Assembly (NCBI GenBank): GCA_965116905.1
Contig: OZ220732.1
Span: 3,296,001 to 3,360,000 of the forward strand
DNA from: Longimicrobiales bacterium
Lineage (GTDB): Bacteria; Gemmatimonadota; Gemmatimonadetes; Longimicrobiales; Gaopeijiaceae
DNA: 64,000 bases
Reading direction: 5' to 3'
Positions 27,125 to 38,700 of the stretch are shown here, piece after piece. Positions within the stretch are counted from its first letter, which is position 1. Every line of letters begins with the position of its first letter. Under the pieces are notes generated by a model. That model searched no databases and was not told the origin of the DNA. It saw only the letters and a program-made list of their open reading frames with translations. Made by a program: the position numbers and the translations under genes.

Positions 27125-29515
27125 ATGAGAAACCGCCTCCCCGTTCTCTCGGCACTCGCCGTCACTTCGGCGTTCCTGCTCCCGCCCGCCCCCCTCCCCG
27201 CCCAGCAGTCCCCCGTCACGGTCACGGCGGAAGACTACGCGCGTGCCGAGTCCTTGCTCGCGGGCGGGACCGCCGGCCTCGTCTTCGGCGCGTCCGTGCA
27301 GCCCAACTGGCTGGCCGGCGACCGTTTCTGGTACCGCAACACCACAGCCGGCGGCACCGAGTTCATCCTCGCCGATCCCGCCGCGGGCACCCGGGCCCAC
27401 GCTTTCGACCATGACCGCCTGGCCGCGGCCATCGGCGCCGTGACCGGCGGCGAGATCGCGCCCCTGGACCTCCCCTTCCGCACCTTCGAGCTGAGCCCGT
27501 CCGGCGACGTCCTCACGGCACGGGTGGGCGGAGGCCCCACCGACGCGGGCGGGCGTTCGCCCCGGGCAGACGACACGCACCTCCGCTGCGACCTGGCCAC
27601 CTACCAGTGCGAGGCCACCGAACCCGCACCGGACCGCGACCCCAACGCCATTCCGTCCCCCGACGGCACCAGGGCCGCCTTCATCCGCGACCACAACCTC
27701 TGGCTGCGCGACCTGGGCACGGGCGCCGAGACCGCGCTCACCACCGACGGGACCCTGGACTTCGGCTATGCGACCAACAACGCGGGGTGGGTCAGGCGCG
27801 ACTCTCCGGTGCTGCTCTGGTCCCCGGGATCGGACATGATCGCCACCTTCCAGCACGACGCACGCGGCGTGGGCATGATGCACATGGCAACCACGAACGT
27901 GGGTCACCCCGAGCTGGAGTCCTGGAAGTATCCGCTCCCGGGCGACAGCCTGATCTTCCGCATCAGCCGGGTCGTGATCCACGTGGGCGAACCGGCGGCC
28001 GGCCGGCCCCACCGCGTGGTCCGCCTGGCATTGCCGCCCGACCCGCACCGCTCTTCGACCACCGACCACGTGGCGGGCCGGGGCGGCGTCTTCCTCGACG
28101 TGGAATGGAGCGCCGACGGGTCGCAGCTCGCCTTCCTGTCGAACTCCCGCGACCACAAGCATGCGCAGCTTCGCGTCGCGGACCCCCACACCGGAGAGGT
28201 TCGCGACGTACTCGACGAGACCGAGGAGACCTTCTTCGAATCGGGCTCTGGCGGGGCGAACTGGCGCGTGCTCAAGGCGTCGAACGAGGTCATCTGGTTT
28301 TCGAAGCGGCACAACTGGGGACACCTCTACCGCTACAGCCTCGACACCGGCGCACTGCTCGGCCGGATCACCACCGGAGACTGGAACGTGCGCCAGTTGC
28401 TGCGCGTTGACGAGGACGCGCGGACGCTGTACTTCACCGGGACGGGGCGCGAGCCCGGCGACCCCTACTTCCAGTACCTGTACAGGATCGGGATGGACGG
28501 CGCCGGCCTGACGCTGCTCACGCCCGACAGCGCGAACCACACCGTGACGCTGTCGCCGTCCGGCGCGTACTTCGTCGACAGTTACTCGACCCCGGTCACT
28601 CCCCCGGTGACGGTCGTCCGGGACGTGGACGGACACGTCGTGGCCGAGCTGGAGCGCGCGGACATCTCCGCCCTCCTCTCTTCCGGCTGGCAACCGCCGG
28701 AACCGTTCACCGTCAAGGCGCGGGACGGCGAGACGGATCTGCACGGCCTCATGTACAGGCCCACCCATTTCGATCCGTCGCGGTCATACCCGATCGTCAA
28801 CTACCTGTACCCGGGTCCGCAGTCGGGGAGCGTGGGCTCGCGGTCGTTCCGGGCGTCGCGGGGCGACAAGCAGGCACTGGCCGAGCTGGGGTTCATCGTG
28901 GTCGAGGTCGACGCCATGGGGACGCCCGGCCGCTCGAAGGCGTTCCACGACGCGTACTACGGCAACATGGGCGACAACGGACTGCCGGATCAGGTCGGGA
29001 TGGTGCGGCAGCTCGCGGAGCGGCACCCCTGGATGGACCTCGACCGCGTCGGAATCTGGGGACACTCGGGCGGCGGCTTCGCGAGTACGGCCGGGATTCT
29101 GCGATACCCGGACTTCTACAAGGTCGCGGTCTCGCAGGCGGGCAATCACGACAACCGCAACTACGAGGACGACTGGGGCGAGAAGTGGCAGGGGCTGCTG
29201 GAAACCCAACCTGACGGGACCACCAACTACGACAACCAGGCCAACCAGCTCGTGGCGGAGAACCTGAAGGGCAAGCTGCTGCTGGCCCACGGAACCATGG
29301 ACACCAACGTGCCGCTATACAATACGTTGCTGGTAGTGGACGCGCTGATCGCGGCGGACAAGGACTTCGACCTCATCATGCTGCCGAACCGGGGCCACGG
29401 CTTCAGCAGCGAACCCTACATGATGAGACGGCGGTGGGACTACTTCGTACGGCACCTGCTGGGCGTCGAGCCGCCCGAGTACACGATCGGGGCGGGGGGA
29501 AGGCCGGTGAGCTGA
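27125..29515 (+). CDS. S9B dipeptidyl-peptidase IV-family secreted peptidase
   Basis: ATG at 27125 with signal peptide, DPPIV_N-like propeller, GIWGHSGGG nucleophile, HGTMDTNV and RGHGF completing the triad. Confidence 0.92.
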   Translation: MRNRLPVLSALAVTSAFLLPPAPLPAQQSPVTVTAEDYARAESLLAGGTAGLVFGASVQPNWLAGDRFWYRNTTAGGTEFILADPAAGTRAHAFDHDRLAAAIGAVTGGEIAPLDLPFRTFELSPSGDVLTARVGGGPTDAGGRSPRADDTHLRCDLATYQCEATEPAPDRDPNAIPSPDGTRAAFIRDHNLWLRDLGTGAETALTTDGTLDFGYATNNAGWVRRDSPVLLWSPGSDMIATFQHDARGVGMMHMATTNVGHPELESWKYPLPGDSLIFRISRVVIHVGEPAAGRPHRVVRLALPPDPHRSSTTDHVAGRGGVFLDVEWSADGSQLAFLSNSRDHKHAQLRVADPHTGEVRDVLDETEETFFESGSGGANWRVLKASNEVIWFSKRHNWGHLYRYSLDTGALLGRITTGDWNVRQLLRVDEDARTLYFTGTGREPGDPYFQYLYRIGMDGAGLTLLTPDSANHTVTLSPSGAYFVDSYSTPVTPPVTVVRDVDGHVVAELERADISALLSSGWQPPEPFTVKARDGETDLHGLMYRPTHFDPSRSYPIVNYLYPGPQSGSVGSRSFRASRGDKQALAELGFIVVEVDAMGTPGRSKAFHDAYYGNMGDNGLPDQVGMVRQLAERHPWMDLDRVGIWGHSGGGFASTAGILRYPDFYKVAVSQAGNHDNRNYEDDWGEKWQGLLETQPDGTTNYDNQANQLVAENLKGKLLLAHGTMDTNVPLYNTLLVVDALIAADKDFDLIMLPNRGHGFSSEPYMMRRRWDYFVRHLLGVEPPEYTIGAGGRPVS

Positions 29516-29605
29516 GGGGCGCGCGTCACCCTTGCCCCCGTTGCGCACCGGACGAGCGGCTACAGGTCGGACGCCTGCACCCCGCACGCGACGGACGTGC
29601 GCCGC

Positions 29606-31609
29606 TCAGCAGGTCAGGCAGCGATGGCTGTTCGCCGACCCGAGCTTCTCCAGCAGCGCCACGGTGGCGGGCCGCGGTGAGACCCGCTGGACCGGGCCGT
29701 TGGCCAGATCCGCCACGGTTTGCCCCCGTCGGCTGATCGCGCGGATGTCGGCCCCCTGTTCCACCAGGTAGATGATCAGGGGGTGGTCGCCGCGCGCGGC
29801 CGCGTGGTGCAGCGCGTTGTAGCCGTTGTGGTCGCGGGCGTTGATGTCGACGCCGAGCTCCTCCACCAGGTACCGCACGGCCGGGAGCCAGCCGTCGGGT
29901 GCGTGGCGGTGGGCGTTGCCGGCGAAGCCCTCGCCGTAGCCGACGCCCGAGGCCGCGTGGATGGGCCACACCCCGGGACCCCCCGCGGGGACCGGCGGCA
30001 GTCCGGACGCGTCGGGCTCCAGCGCGCGCAGGGAGTCGGCGACCTCCGAGGCGCGGATCAGGCTCTGCCGCACCTCGTCGTCCAGGCCGGCGAGCAGGTC
30101 GTCGGGGAACTCGCCCTGCTGCTCTTCACGCAGGTCGTTGCGGACCGACTTGAGCAGGGTCACGCGGGCGGAGTCGTCCAGTTCGCTGTAGGTGGAGTCC
30201 GACGCCAGCTGCGTCCGGTTCTGCTGCCGCAGGAACTCGTCGGTCGAGAGGCGGCGGCGCCGGGGCGGTGCTACGGTCGGGATGGCTGGGTCGGCCCCGT
30301 GTCCGACGAGCAGGCGCATCGCGGCGACGTCGGTGGCGTAGGCGGCGCGCCAGAACGCGGTGGCTCCCTGGGTGTCGACCAGACCGCAGTTGCGGTTGCC
30401 GCACCCGCTGTACTCCATGTACCAGGGGTGAAGCGTCAGACGGACGTCGGGGTCCGCGCCGGCCGCGAGCAGCGCCTCCATGACGTCCATGTAGGTCGCC
30501 GTCTGCAACCCCATTTCCTGCGGCTGCGGATACCGTGTGCGGGGCTGCCAGCGTGCGTTGACCGCCGCCCAGAGCGGGGTGGCGCCGTTCAGCGCCGACG
30601 CGATGTTGGGGTCGGCACCCCGCTCGATCAGGGTGAGCGCCAGGTCGAACTGGCCGTTGATCGTGGCCATCAGGAGGGGACTGGTCCCGTCGCTGGCCGA
30701 GACACGGTCGATGTCGGCGCCGCCATCAAGAAGCGCGACCGCGGACTCGGCGTACCCCTGCCGCACCGCGTGCAACAGGGCGGTCAGGCCGCCCTTGGCC
30801 TCGATGCGCCGGGGCCGGAAGTCGTCCTCCTCCTCTTCCTCTTCGTCTTCGGGGAGCCCCTCCTCGTACACCGTGCGCGACGCCCGAACCGCCGTCTGGA
30901 ACTCGGTGGGGGTCGGGGCCCGCGACCGGCCCGCCGTCAGCGCCTCGACCGCCTCGGTGCGGCGCCGGCCCGCGATCCGGTCGAGTTCGGAGAGCACCCG
31001 AAGATCCTCCACCCTGCTGGCGATGTCGGGATCGGCGCCTGCCGCGAGGAGCGCGCGGACGGCGTCGGCGCGGTTCATGGAGGCCGCGAACATGAGCGGG
31101 GTCTGGCCCCACACGTCCTCGCGCGCGTCGGGGTCGCCGCCGCCGTCGAGCAGCGCGGTGACCAGCGGCGCGGAGCCCGCCGTGGCGGCCAGGTGGAGGG
31201 GCGTGGTGCCCGAGCCGGGCGCCGGTGCAGCCGCGTCCGCCCCGGCGTCGAGGAGCATCCGCGCGACGGCGTCGCTGCCCGTGCGCGCCGCGATGTGGAG
31301 CGGCGTGTAGCCGCCGATCCGCGTGACGGGTTCGACCGCCGCCCCCGCGTAGAGGAGCATCTCCGCTAGTTCGGCGCTGCCGTGCTCGGCGGCCCAGTGC
31401 AGGGCCGTCATGCCGTCGCCCTGCGCCGCATTGACATCGGCGCCGCCCGCGAGCAGGCCCCGCACCGCCGCGATGTCGCCCTCCATCGCCGCGTCGGCGA
31501 CGGGGGAGTCGGCGACCGGGGAGGTGGCCGCGACGAGAGCGACGGTCAGCGCCGCGCAGCCGAGGAAGACCCCGGTCAGGCGCGCTTGCCGTGTTGCCAT
31601 GGCGGTCAT
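29606..31609 (-). CDS. Secreted ankyrin-repeat protein
   Basis: Signal-like N-terminus. Repeats GMTALHWAA, GYTPLHIAA, GTTPLHLAA, GQTPLMFAA, GLTALLHAV, GYNALHHAA. C-terminal HRCLTC. ATGA overlap with the upstream gene. Confidence 0.9.
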   Translation of the reverse strand: MTAMATRQARLTGVFLGCAALTVALVAATSPVADSPVADAAMEGDIAAVRGLLAGGADVNAAQGDGMTALHWAAEHGSAELAEMLLYAGAAVEPVTRIGGYTPLHIAARTGSDAVARMLLDAGADAAAPAPGSGTTPLHLAATAGSAPLVTALLDGGGDPDAREDVWGQTPLMFAASMNRADAVRALLAAGADPDIASRVEDLRVLSELDRIAGRRRTEAVEALTAGRSRAPTPTEFQTAVRASRTVYEEGLPEDEEEEEEDDFRPRRIEAKGGLTALLHAVRQGYAESAVALLDGGADIDRVSASDGTSPLLMATINGQFDLALTLIERGADPNIASALNGATPLWAAVNARWQPRTRYPQPQEMGLQTATYMDVMEALLAAGADPDVRLTLHPWYMEYSGCGNRNCGLVDTQGATAFWRAAYATDVAAMRLLVGHGADPAIPTVAPPRRRRLSTDEFLRQQNRTQLASDSTYSELDDSARVTLLKSVRNDLREEQQGEFPDDLLAGLDDEVRQSLIRASEVADSLRALEPDASGLPPVPAGGPGVWPIHAASGVGYGEGFAGNAHRHAPDGWLPAVRYLVEELGVDINARDHNGYNALHHAAARGDHPLIIYLVEQGADIRAISRRGQTVADLANGPVQRVSPRPATVALLEKLGSANSHRCLTC

Positions 31610-33018
31610 CCCTGCGTCGCCGCCGAGGACCCCGAGACGAGGGAGAATTCGCCCGTGCTGTCGCCGAAGCTCTCCATCTCCATCCCCAGACCATTGAGAG
31701 CCCACAGCATGGCGTTGGCCATGGGCGTGGCGTCGGGGGCCTCGAGGTGCAGGTTGCCTTCCAGGAGCCCGTCGGCGCCGCCCAGCAGGATGAGCGGGCA
31801 GCGGCGGTGGTTGTGCAGGTTGGCGTCGGCCATCGGCGAGCCCCACATGATCATGGTCTTGTCCAGAAGGCTGGCGTCACCCTCCATGCTGTTCTGCAGC
31901 TTGTCGAGGAAGTACGGCAGTTGCCCCACGCGGTACTGGCAGATCCTGTTGAACTCGAGGATCGCTTCCTCGCGCGCACCGTGGTGCGACGCGGGATGGA
32001 AGGGCCGGTCGGAGCCGCTCTCGGGGAAGACTCGGTTGTCGGCGTCGCGGCCGGTCTTGAAGGAGATGATCCGCGTCATGTTGGTCTCGAAGGCCAGCAC
32101 CTGCAGATCGAACATGAGGCGCATGTGCTCGGTGAACGAGTCCGGAACGCCCGCGGGCGCCTCCGGCAGTTCGCGCTCCTCCCCGCTCGTGTTGCGGGAC
32201 TCGACGGCGGCGATCCGGCGCTCGATCTCGCGGACGTTGTTCAGGTAGCGGTCCATGCGCAGGCGGTCGGTGGCCCCCAGCTCACGCTTCAGCGCGGCGA
32301 TTTCGCCGGCCATCCAGTCGAGGATGCTCTTGCGCGACGCCCGCCGCGCGGCCCGCTCCTCGGGCGTGCCCCCCGCCCCGAAGAGCATGTCGAAGGCGAC
32401 GCGCGGATCGCGGATCATGGGCAGCGGCTCGTTCGGCGACGCCCAGCTGATCGTGTCGGTGTAGGCGCAGGAGTAGTTGTACGTGCATCCGCCGGCCTGG
32501 TCGAGATTCTCGATGCAGAACTGCATGGACGGCAGCGGCGTGTCCTGGCCGAAGCGCTGCGCGTACATCTGGTCGAGCGAGGTGCCTACCCAGATGTCCG
32601 AGCCCTGCGTCTGCTTCGGGTGGGCCTGCGTGAGGAAGACCGCGCTGGAGCGGAAGTGGTCGCCGCCGATCTCGGGCGTGGTGAAGGCCTCCGCCTGGCG
32701 GCAGTCCGTGTTGCTGACGATGGTGAGGCGGTCCTGGTAGGGCCGCAGCGAAGTCAGCGCGCTTTCCGGCAGGATCTCGAAGTCCTTGCCCTTGGTGGCG
32801 GGCGCGTAGAGGTGCTGGGTCGCACCCCACTCGTTGCAGCCGGCCAGGCCGTGCACCTCCTCGATGCACACGAGACGGGTCGGGCCCGCGTCGGGACGGG
32901 TGTGGGCGCGCAGGCGCCCGGCGGGGATCATGGCGTCGAGCAGCGGCAGCGCGGCCGTGGCCCCGAGGCCCCGCAGGAACGTGCGGCGCGGAATGTGGTT
33001 GCCGGTGATGAAGTGCAT
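31606..33018 (-). CDS. DUF1552 (HXXSHH) family protein with Tat-like signal
   Basis: IPRRTFLRG twin-arginine motif, SLDQ.YAQ, YSCAYTDTISW, FHPASHH, GDSTG near the C-terminus. Start is ATG 33018 or TTG 33027. Confidence 0.85.
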   Translation of the reverse strand: MHFITGNHIPRRTFLRGLGATAALPLLDAMIPAGRLRAHTRPDAGPTRLVCIEEVHGLAGCNEWGATQHLYAPATKGKDFEILPESALTSLRPYQDRLTIVSNTDCRQAEAFTTPEIGGDHFRSSAVFLTQAHPKQTQGSDIWVGTSLDQMYAQRFGQDTPLPSMQFCIENLDQAGGCTYNYSCAYTDTISWASPNEPLPMIRDPRVAFDMLFGAGGTPEERAARRASRKSILDWMAGEIAALKRELGATDRLRMDRYLNNVREIERRIAAVESRNTSGEERELPEAPAGVPDSFTEHMRLMFDLQVLAFETNMTRIISFKTGRDADNRVFPESGSDRPFHPASHHGAREEAILEFNRICQYRVGQLPYFLDKLQNSMEGDASLLDKTMIMWGSPMADANLHNHRRCPLILLGGADGLLEGNLHLEAPDATPMANAMLWALNGLGMEMESFGDSTGEFSLVSGSSAATQG

Positions 33019-33023
33019 CGTCG

Positions 33024-35537
33024 TCAATTCTCCTTGGCCGTGTCACGGGACGGGTCCGTCCCGTTTGCGGGTTGCTCCTCGGCCGTGGCCAGAGGGGCCC
33101 GTTTCATCCTGAATGCATCGCTCTTCACCACGCCGAGCACGAGCGAAGAGATGCTGTAGTCGTCGTCTGCGGCCCGGCGCACGATCTGCCGGATCGCGGG
33201 CTGGTCGTAGTATTCCACGCGCCGTCCCAGCGCGTACGCCATCAGGTTTTCGCTGAAGGTGCGCACCAGCGGGAGCGGGCGCTTGAGCAGGGCGGCGGAG
33301 AGCTCGGCGGGGGTCTGCACCGGCGTCCCGTCGTAGAAGTCGCCGCGCGTGTCGAGCGGCATCCCGTATTCCAGCGACCGCCACTTGCCCGTCACGTCGA
33401 AGTTGTCGAGGGCGAGGCCGATCGGGTCCATGAAGCGGTGGCACGACGCGCACTGCGGGTTTTCGCGGTGGATCTCCATGCGCTCGCGCGTGGTCAGCAT
33501 GCGGCCGTCGCGCGAGGCCTCCGTCTCCTCCAGATCCGGGATACCGGGCGGAGGGGGCGGCGGGGGCGTTCCCAGCAACACCTCCATCACCCACTTCCCG
33601 CGCAGCACGGGAGAGGTGCGGTTGGCCAGCGACGTGAGGACCAGCACGCTCCCGTGGCCCAGCAGGCCGACGCGCCGGTTGTCGGGGTAGGCGACCTTGC
33701 GGAGATGAGCGCCGGGAACGGGCGGGAAGCCGTAGTGGGTGGCCAGTCGCTCGTTGACGAAGGTGTAGTCGGCGCGGAACAGATCGAGGATGCTCCTGTC
33801 CTCTTCGACCAGGTGGTTGAAGAACGTCTCCGTCTCCAGCCGCATCGCGTCGGCCAGCATTTCGTCGAAGTTCGGGAAGAAGTTGGGGTCCGGATGGACC
33901 TTGTACAGGTCCTGCAGCCTCAGCCACTGGCTGGCGAACCGGGCCCCGAGCGCGCGGGCGCGCGGATGCTCGAGCATGCGCAACGCCTGGCGTTCGAGTT
34001 CGTCGGCATCGTGCAGACCTTCGCCGGCCGCCGCGGCGAGCAGCGTCGCGTCCGGCGGAGCGCCCCACAGGAAGAACGAGAGCCGCGAAGCGAGGTCCAC
34101 GCTCGAGATGGGGTAAATCTCGCCGGGCTCCACCCCTTCCGGCTCGCGCTCGGTGCGGAAGACGAAGCGCGGGCTCGCCAGCAGCGCCTCCAGCGCCATG
34201 CGCACCCCCGTCTCGAAGCCGTCCAGCGCGGCCCCGTTCTCGTAGAAAGCCATGAGCCCGTCGATGTCCGCGGCGGTCGCCGGACGGCGATAGGCGCGGC
34301 TCGCCAGCGTCTCGACGATCCTGCGGGCGCACGGCACCTCTTCCGCAGCCGAGGTCGGACGACAGACGAAGATGCGCTGGCGCGTCGGATTGTCGGAGAT
34401 CCCGGTCACCTCGTACGGGCCGCCGACGATCAACTCGCGCACATGGGGAAGCGTGGTGATCCCTCCCCCACCGGATCCGCCGCCCGCCATCGACCAGTCG
34501 TGGGGCCGGATCAGGTCCTCGTAGGGGCCGTCGAACCCGCGAATGAACGCGGCCGACACCTTGCGCTGGCCCGCGCGCACGAAGATCCGCCCCGTGCTGA
34601 TCGGCGCAGCACCCCGTCCGTCGGCACCCGCCCCGGTGCGCGCGTGATGCAGCAGGGCCACGCTTTCGCCGTCGATCGAGATGTCGATGTCCTCGAAGCG
34701 CGAGTTGGCGCCGGAGGAGAAGCCGAGCTCGAAGACGTACTCGCCGTCGGCGGGGAAGACGTGCTCGACGACGACGCCGCCCCGGGTCCCGTACGGGGTC
34801 CCCTCCACGCGGTCCCAGGGGTGCTGGGACGTGTACTCCGAGACCTTGTAGGAGCGGTCCACCGCCGGAGCCGTCCGGTCGCCGACCGCCCAGCGGCTGA
34901 TCTCGGCGGCTGCGTTCAGGTACGACTCGACGAGGGTCGGCGACATGGCCTGCACGTCGGCGATGTTGTCGAAGTTGGCGCTCATCTGGTCGAGCGGGAG
35001 CCAGTCGCCGGCATCTACCGTGAGGCCGAGCAGGTCGTGGACCGCGCGCTCGTACTCGGCGCGGTTGAGCCGCTGGAAGGTGCGTTCCCCGGGGTCGGGA
35101 CGCTCGGCCGCCGCGCCGTCGAGGACCTCTTCGAGCCGCTCCACCAGAGCGGCAAGCGTGTCGCCCGCGGGTCTGTGCGTGCCCGGCGGCGGCATCATCC
35201 CCGCGCGCAGCTTCCGCACCATGCGCTCGCCGATGTCGGCCTGGCGATCCGCTTCTTCGACCACGAACCCCTCCAGCGACAGGTTGCCGGTCAGGCGACG
35301 CTGGTTGTGGCAGCGGGCACAGACGCGCTGGACCACTTCGGTGTGATCCGGCTCGCCGACTTCGCTTTGCGGCTCCGCGAGGGCCGGCTCCGAGAGCGCC
35401 GGCTCCGGTGCGCCCGGGACGAGCGGACCGGCCGGCCATGCGCCGGGGCCGGAACCCTCGCTCCTGGCGGCACCGTCCGGTCCGACCGCGACAAGGAGGG
35501 CGCCCAGCACCAGGAAGGGGACTCCGAGTGATTTCAT
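33024..35537 (-). CDS. Cytochrome c + DUF1587/1595/1592/1588/1585 multidomain protein
   Basis: Signal peptide, CARCH and CASCH haem motifs, GMMPP, RLNRAEY, LASRLSFFLW, RTSPVLRGKWV, MDPIGLALDNFD. ATG 35537 after GGAG. Confidence 0.88.
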   Translation of the reverse strand: MKSLGVPFLVLGALLVAVGPDGAARSEGSGPGAWPAGPLVPGAPEPALSEPALAEPQSEVGEPDHTEVVQRVCARCHNQRRLTGNLSLEGFVVEEADRQADIGERMVRKLRAGMMPPPGTHRPAGDTLAALVERLEEVLDGAAAERPDPGERTFQRLNRAEYERAVHDLLGLTVDAGDWLPLDQMSANFDNIADVQAMSPTLVESYLNAAAEISRWAVGDRTAPAVDRSYKVSEYTSQHPWDRVEGTPYGTRGGVVVEHVFPADGEYVFELGFSSGANSRFEDIDISIDGESVALLHHARTGAGADGRGAAPISTGRIFVRAGQRKVSAAFIRGFDGPYEDLIRPHDWSMAGGGSGGGGITTLPHVRELIVGGPYEVTGISDNPTRQRIFVCRPTSAAEEVPCARRIVETLASRAYRRPATAADIDGLMAFYENGAALDGFETGVRMALEALLASPRFVFRTEREPEGVEPGEIYPISSVDLASRLSFFLWGAPPDATLLAAAAGEGLHDADELERQALRMLEHPRARALGARFASQWLRLQDLYKVHPDPNFFPNFDEMLADAMRLETETFFNHLVEEDRSILDLFRADYTFVNERLATHYGFPPVPGAHLRKVAYPDNRRVGLLGHGSVLVLTSLANRTSPVLRGKWVMEVLLGTPPPPPPPGIPDLEETEASRDGRMLTTRERMEIHRENPQCASCHRFMDPIGLALDNFDVTGKWRSLEYGMPLDTRGDFYDGTPVQTPAELSAALLKRPLPLVRTFSENLMAYALGRRVEYYDQPAIRQIVRRAADDDYSISSLVLGVVKSDAFRMKRAPLATAEEQPANGTDPSRDTAKEN

Positions 35538-35758
35538 CGTTGGGGCTCCACAGCTCCTTCCAGACGCTCCCCGCGCGCGAATGCTACAGCGTCCGCACGG
35601 GCGCACCACCTTCACACTAGCGAAGGCGCGCGGACCTCGGCAAGGCATGGACGCCGAGACGTGTACCCTCCTGTGTACAGAGGATTCGCAGTGCCGCGTG
35701 AGCGTTGACGAGGATGGCGGCGCGGACTAGTCTGGCCGTCCTTGCAGGCAAACCGGAC

Positions 35759-38700
35759 ATGCAGGCAGACTTGAACGAACGGACACGCAGAGCGGCCGCG
35801 ATCGCCCGGGAGCACTTCGGAATCGAAGGCGAGGCGCGCGCGCTTCCCGGCGAATTCGACCTGAACTTCCGCCTGTCGGCCTCCGGCACCGACCGGGCCG
35901 TGCCCCCTGGTGCCTCCCGGAACGAGGCCGCTCCCGCGCCTTGTCACGAATTCGTCCTCAAGCTGAGCCCCACGTCCCGGCATACGGTCTTCGACCTGGT
36001 GACGAAGTCCTTGCAGCATATCGACGGCGCGCCGTTGCGTGCCGTGATCCCCCGGGTCGTGCTGCCCGCGGCACCGGTACGGCAGAGCCCGGTCGTGACG
36101 ATTGGCGACTTCGAGGGGACGCCGCACCTCGCCTGCGCGCTGACCTACGTGGCCGGCCGGCCGTTCGCGGATGTGCGGCCGCGCTCGCTGGAGACGCTGG
36201 AGGAACTCGGCGCCTTCCTGGCCGAACTGGATCTGGCACTGTCCGGATTCGACCACCCGGAGCTCTCCCGCGACTTCGAATGGAGGATGGAATCGGCCGC
36301 CCCGACGATCGGGGCGTACCTGCCCCTCCTGGGGGACCGGCGCGACCGGGTGGAGGGCACCCTGGACCGCGCGACGAGGGTGCTGGACCCGCTGCTCGAC
36401 GCGCTCCCGCGCTGCGTGATCCACAACGACGCCAACGACTACAACGTCATGGTGTCGCCCTCGCTGGACGGGACGCGTCTGTCGGGACTGATCGACTTCG
36501 GCGACGTGGCGCACGGATGGCGGGCGGCCGAGGTGGCCGTCGCCGCAGCCTACGCGATGATGGAGCTGCACGATCCGGTGGCCGCGGCGTGTGCGGTCGC
36601 GCGCGGCTACTCCGGCGTCACTCCGCTCGAGGCATCGGAGTGCCGCGCGATCATCCCGATGGTGGCGCTTCGCCTGTGTCTCTCGGTGAGTGTCCAGGCC
36701 AGGCAGATGCGGGAACAGCCCGGCAACGAATACCTGGCCGTCAGCCAGAAGCCGGCCTGGAGGCTTCTCGCACAGCTCGCGGAGGCCGACTGGCGGGTGG
36801 CCGAGTGCAGGATACGGGACGCGTGCGGGCTGGTCCCGAACCCGCGCCTCGACCCCGTGCTGGCCCACATGGACGGTGCGCGCCCCCGCGCGCCGGTCAT
36901 GGCTCCCGAAGTGCTGGAGCGCCCCCGTTTGATCGACCTGTCGGTCGAGAGCCTGGACCTCCCCCACCTGGACGCGCTCGCCACCGCGGGCGTCCTGGAC
37001 GCCTGGGTCGAGAACACAATCGCGGCGGACGGCGGCACCGTGGGCGTGGGCCGCTACGGAGAAGCGAGAATCCTCTACGACGACCCGGCCTTCGCGGTCC
37101 GGGGAGATCACGGTCCGGAGTCGCGCACGATCCACCTCGGCCTCGACCTCTTCGCCCCGCCGGGCACCCCCGTGCGGGCGCCCCTCGCCGGAACCGTGGC
37201 GTCCGTCGCCGACAACGCCCGGCCCCGGGACTACGGCCCCACCGTGATCCTGCGGCACGAAACCGGCGAGGGGCTCGGCTTCCATACCCTGTACGGCCAC
37301 CTCGACCGGGCCACCCTGGAACACCTCACGCCTGGCGCGACGATCGCGGCGGGCGACGTGCTCGGCTGGCTGGGCGACGCATCCGTCAACGGTGGCTGGC
37401 CACCGCATCTGCACTTCCAGGTCATCGCCCTGGACCCCCTCTACGACGATGGCGCGTCGGCGCCCTCGCCCGGTGAGTTCCCGGGCGTCGCGCTGCAACG
37501 CCACCGCGCGGTCTGGGAGTGCATCCTGCCGGACCCCACGCGGCTCGCGGGCCTGCCCTCCACGGCCGCACCACCCCCCGTACCCGACCCCGTCTTCCGC
37601 TTTGCCGATCTAACCGCGAAGCGCAAGACGAAACTCGGTTCGTCCCTCAGTCTGTCTTACGCCCGGCCCGTCCACATCGTGCGCGGCTACGGCGCGTGGC
37701 TCTACGACGACACCGGCAGGCGCTACCTGGACACGGTCAACAACGTGCCCCACGTAGGCCACGGCAACCGCCGGGTCGCGGAAGCGATCGCCCGGCACTC
37801 CAGGGTGCTCAACACCAACACCCGCTACCTGCACACCCAGATCGTCGCGCTCGCGGAAGAACTGCTGGCGCACTTCCCGCCGCCGCTCGAGGTGGTCTTC
37901 CTCGTCTGCTCGGGGAGCGAGGCCAACGAACTTGCGCTCAGGATGGCGCGGTGCCACACCGGCAACGACGGCGTGGTCTGCCTGGAGGGCGGCTACCACG
38001 GCAACACCGGCGCCCTGGTCGAGATCAGCCACTACAAGTTCGCCGGCCCGGGCGGCGCCGGACGCGGAGACCGGGTGGCCGTCGCCTCCATGCCCGATAC
38101 CTACCGCGGGCGGTACCGGAGCCCCGGCAGCCCGGACGCCGCGGCTCTCTACGCCGACGATGTCGCCGAGGCCGCTTCCCGCCTGGCGCGAAGTCCGGGC
38201 GGCCCCGGCGTCGCGGCGTTTGTCGCCGAGCCGATTCTGAGCTGCGGCGGCCAGATCGAGCCCCCTCCAGGCTACCTCGCGGCGGCCTTCGATCACGTGC
38301 GGCGCGCGGGCGGGGTCTGCGTCGCGGACGAGGTGCAGGTCGGCTTCGGCCGCGTGGGAGACGCGTTCTGGGGCTTCGAGCTGCAGGGCGTGGTGCCCGA
38401 CATCGTGACGCTGGGCAAGCCCATGGGCAACGGCCATCCCGTGGCCGCCGTGGTTACCACGCGCGAGATCGCCGATTCATTCGCCAACGGCATGGAGTAT
38501 TTCAGCACCTTCGGCGGCAACCCGGTTTCGTGCGCGGCGGCGCGGGCCGTCCTCGCCGAGATCCGGTCACGGGGGCTCCAGGACCGCGCGCGCCAGGTCG
38601 GCGGCTCCCTGCTCGACGGCCTTGGGGAGCTGGCCCGGCGCTACCCGATCGTGGGCGACGTGCGCGGCCGCGGCCTCTTTCTGGGCATGGAGTTCGTCCG

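Noticed and set aside
29606..29608. Selenocysteine read-through at the ankyrin TGA after CLTC
   Set aside because: No convincing SECIS-like hairpin follows, and read-through would run towards the convergent peptidase gene.
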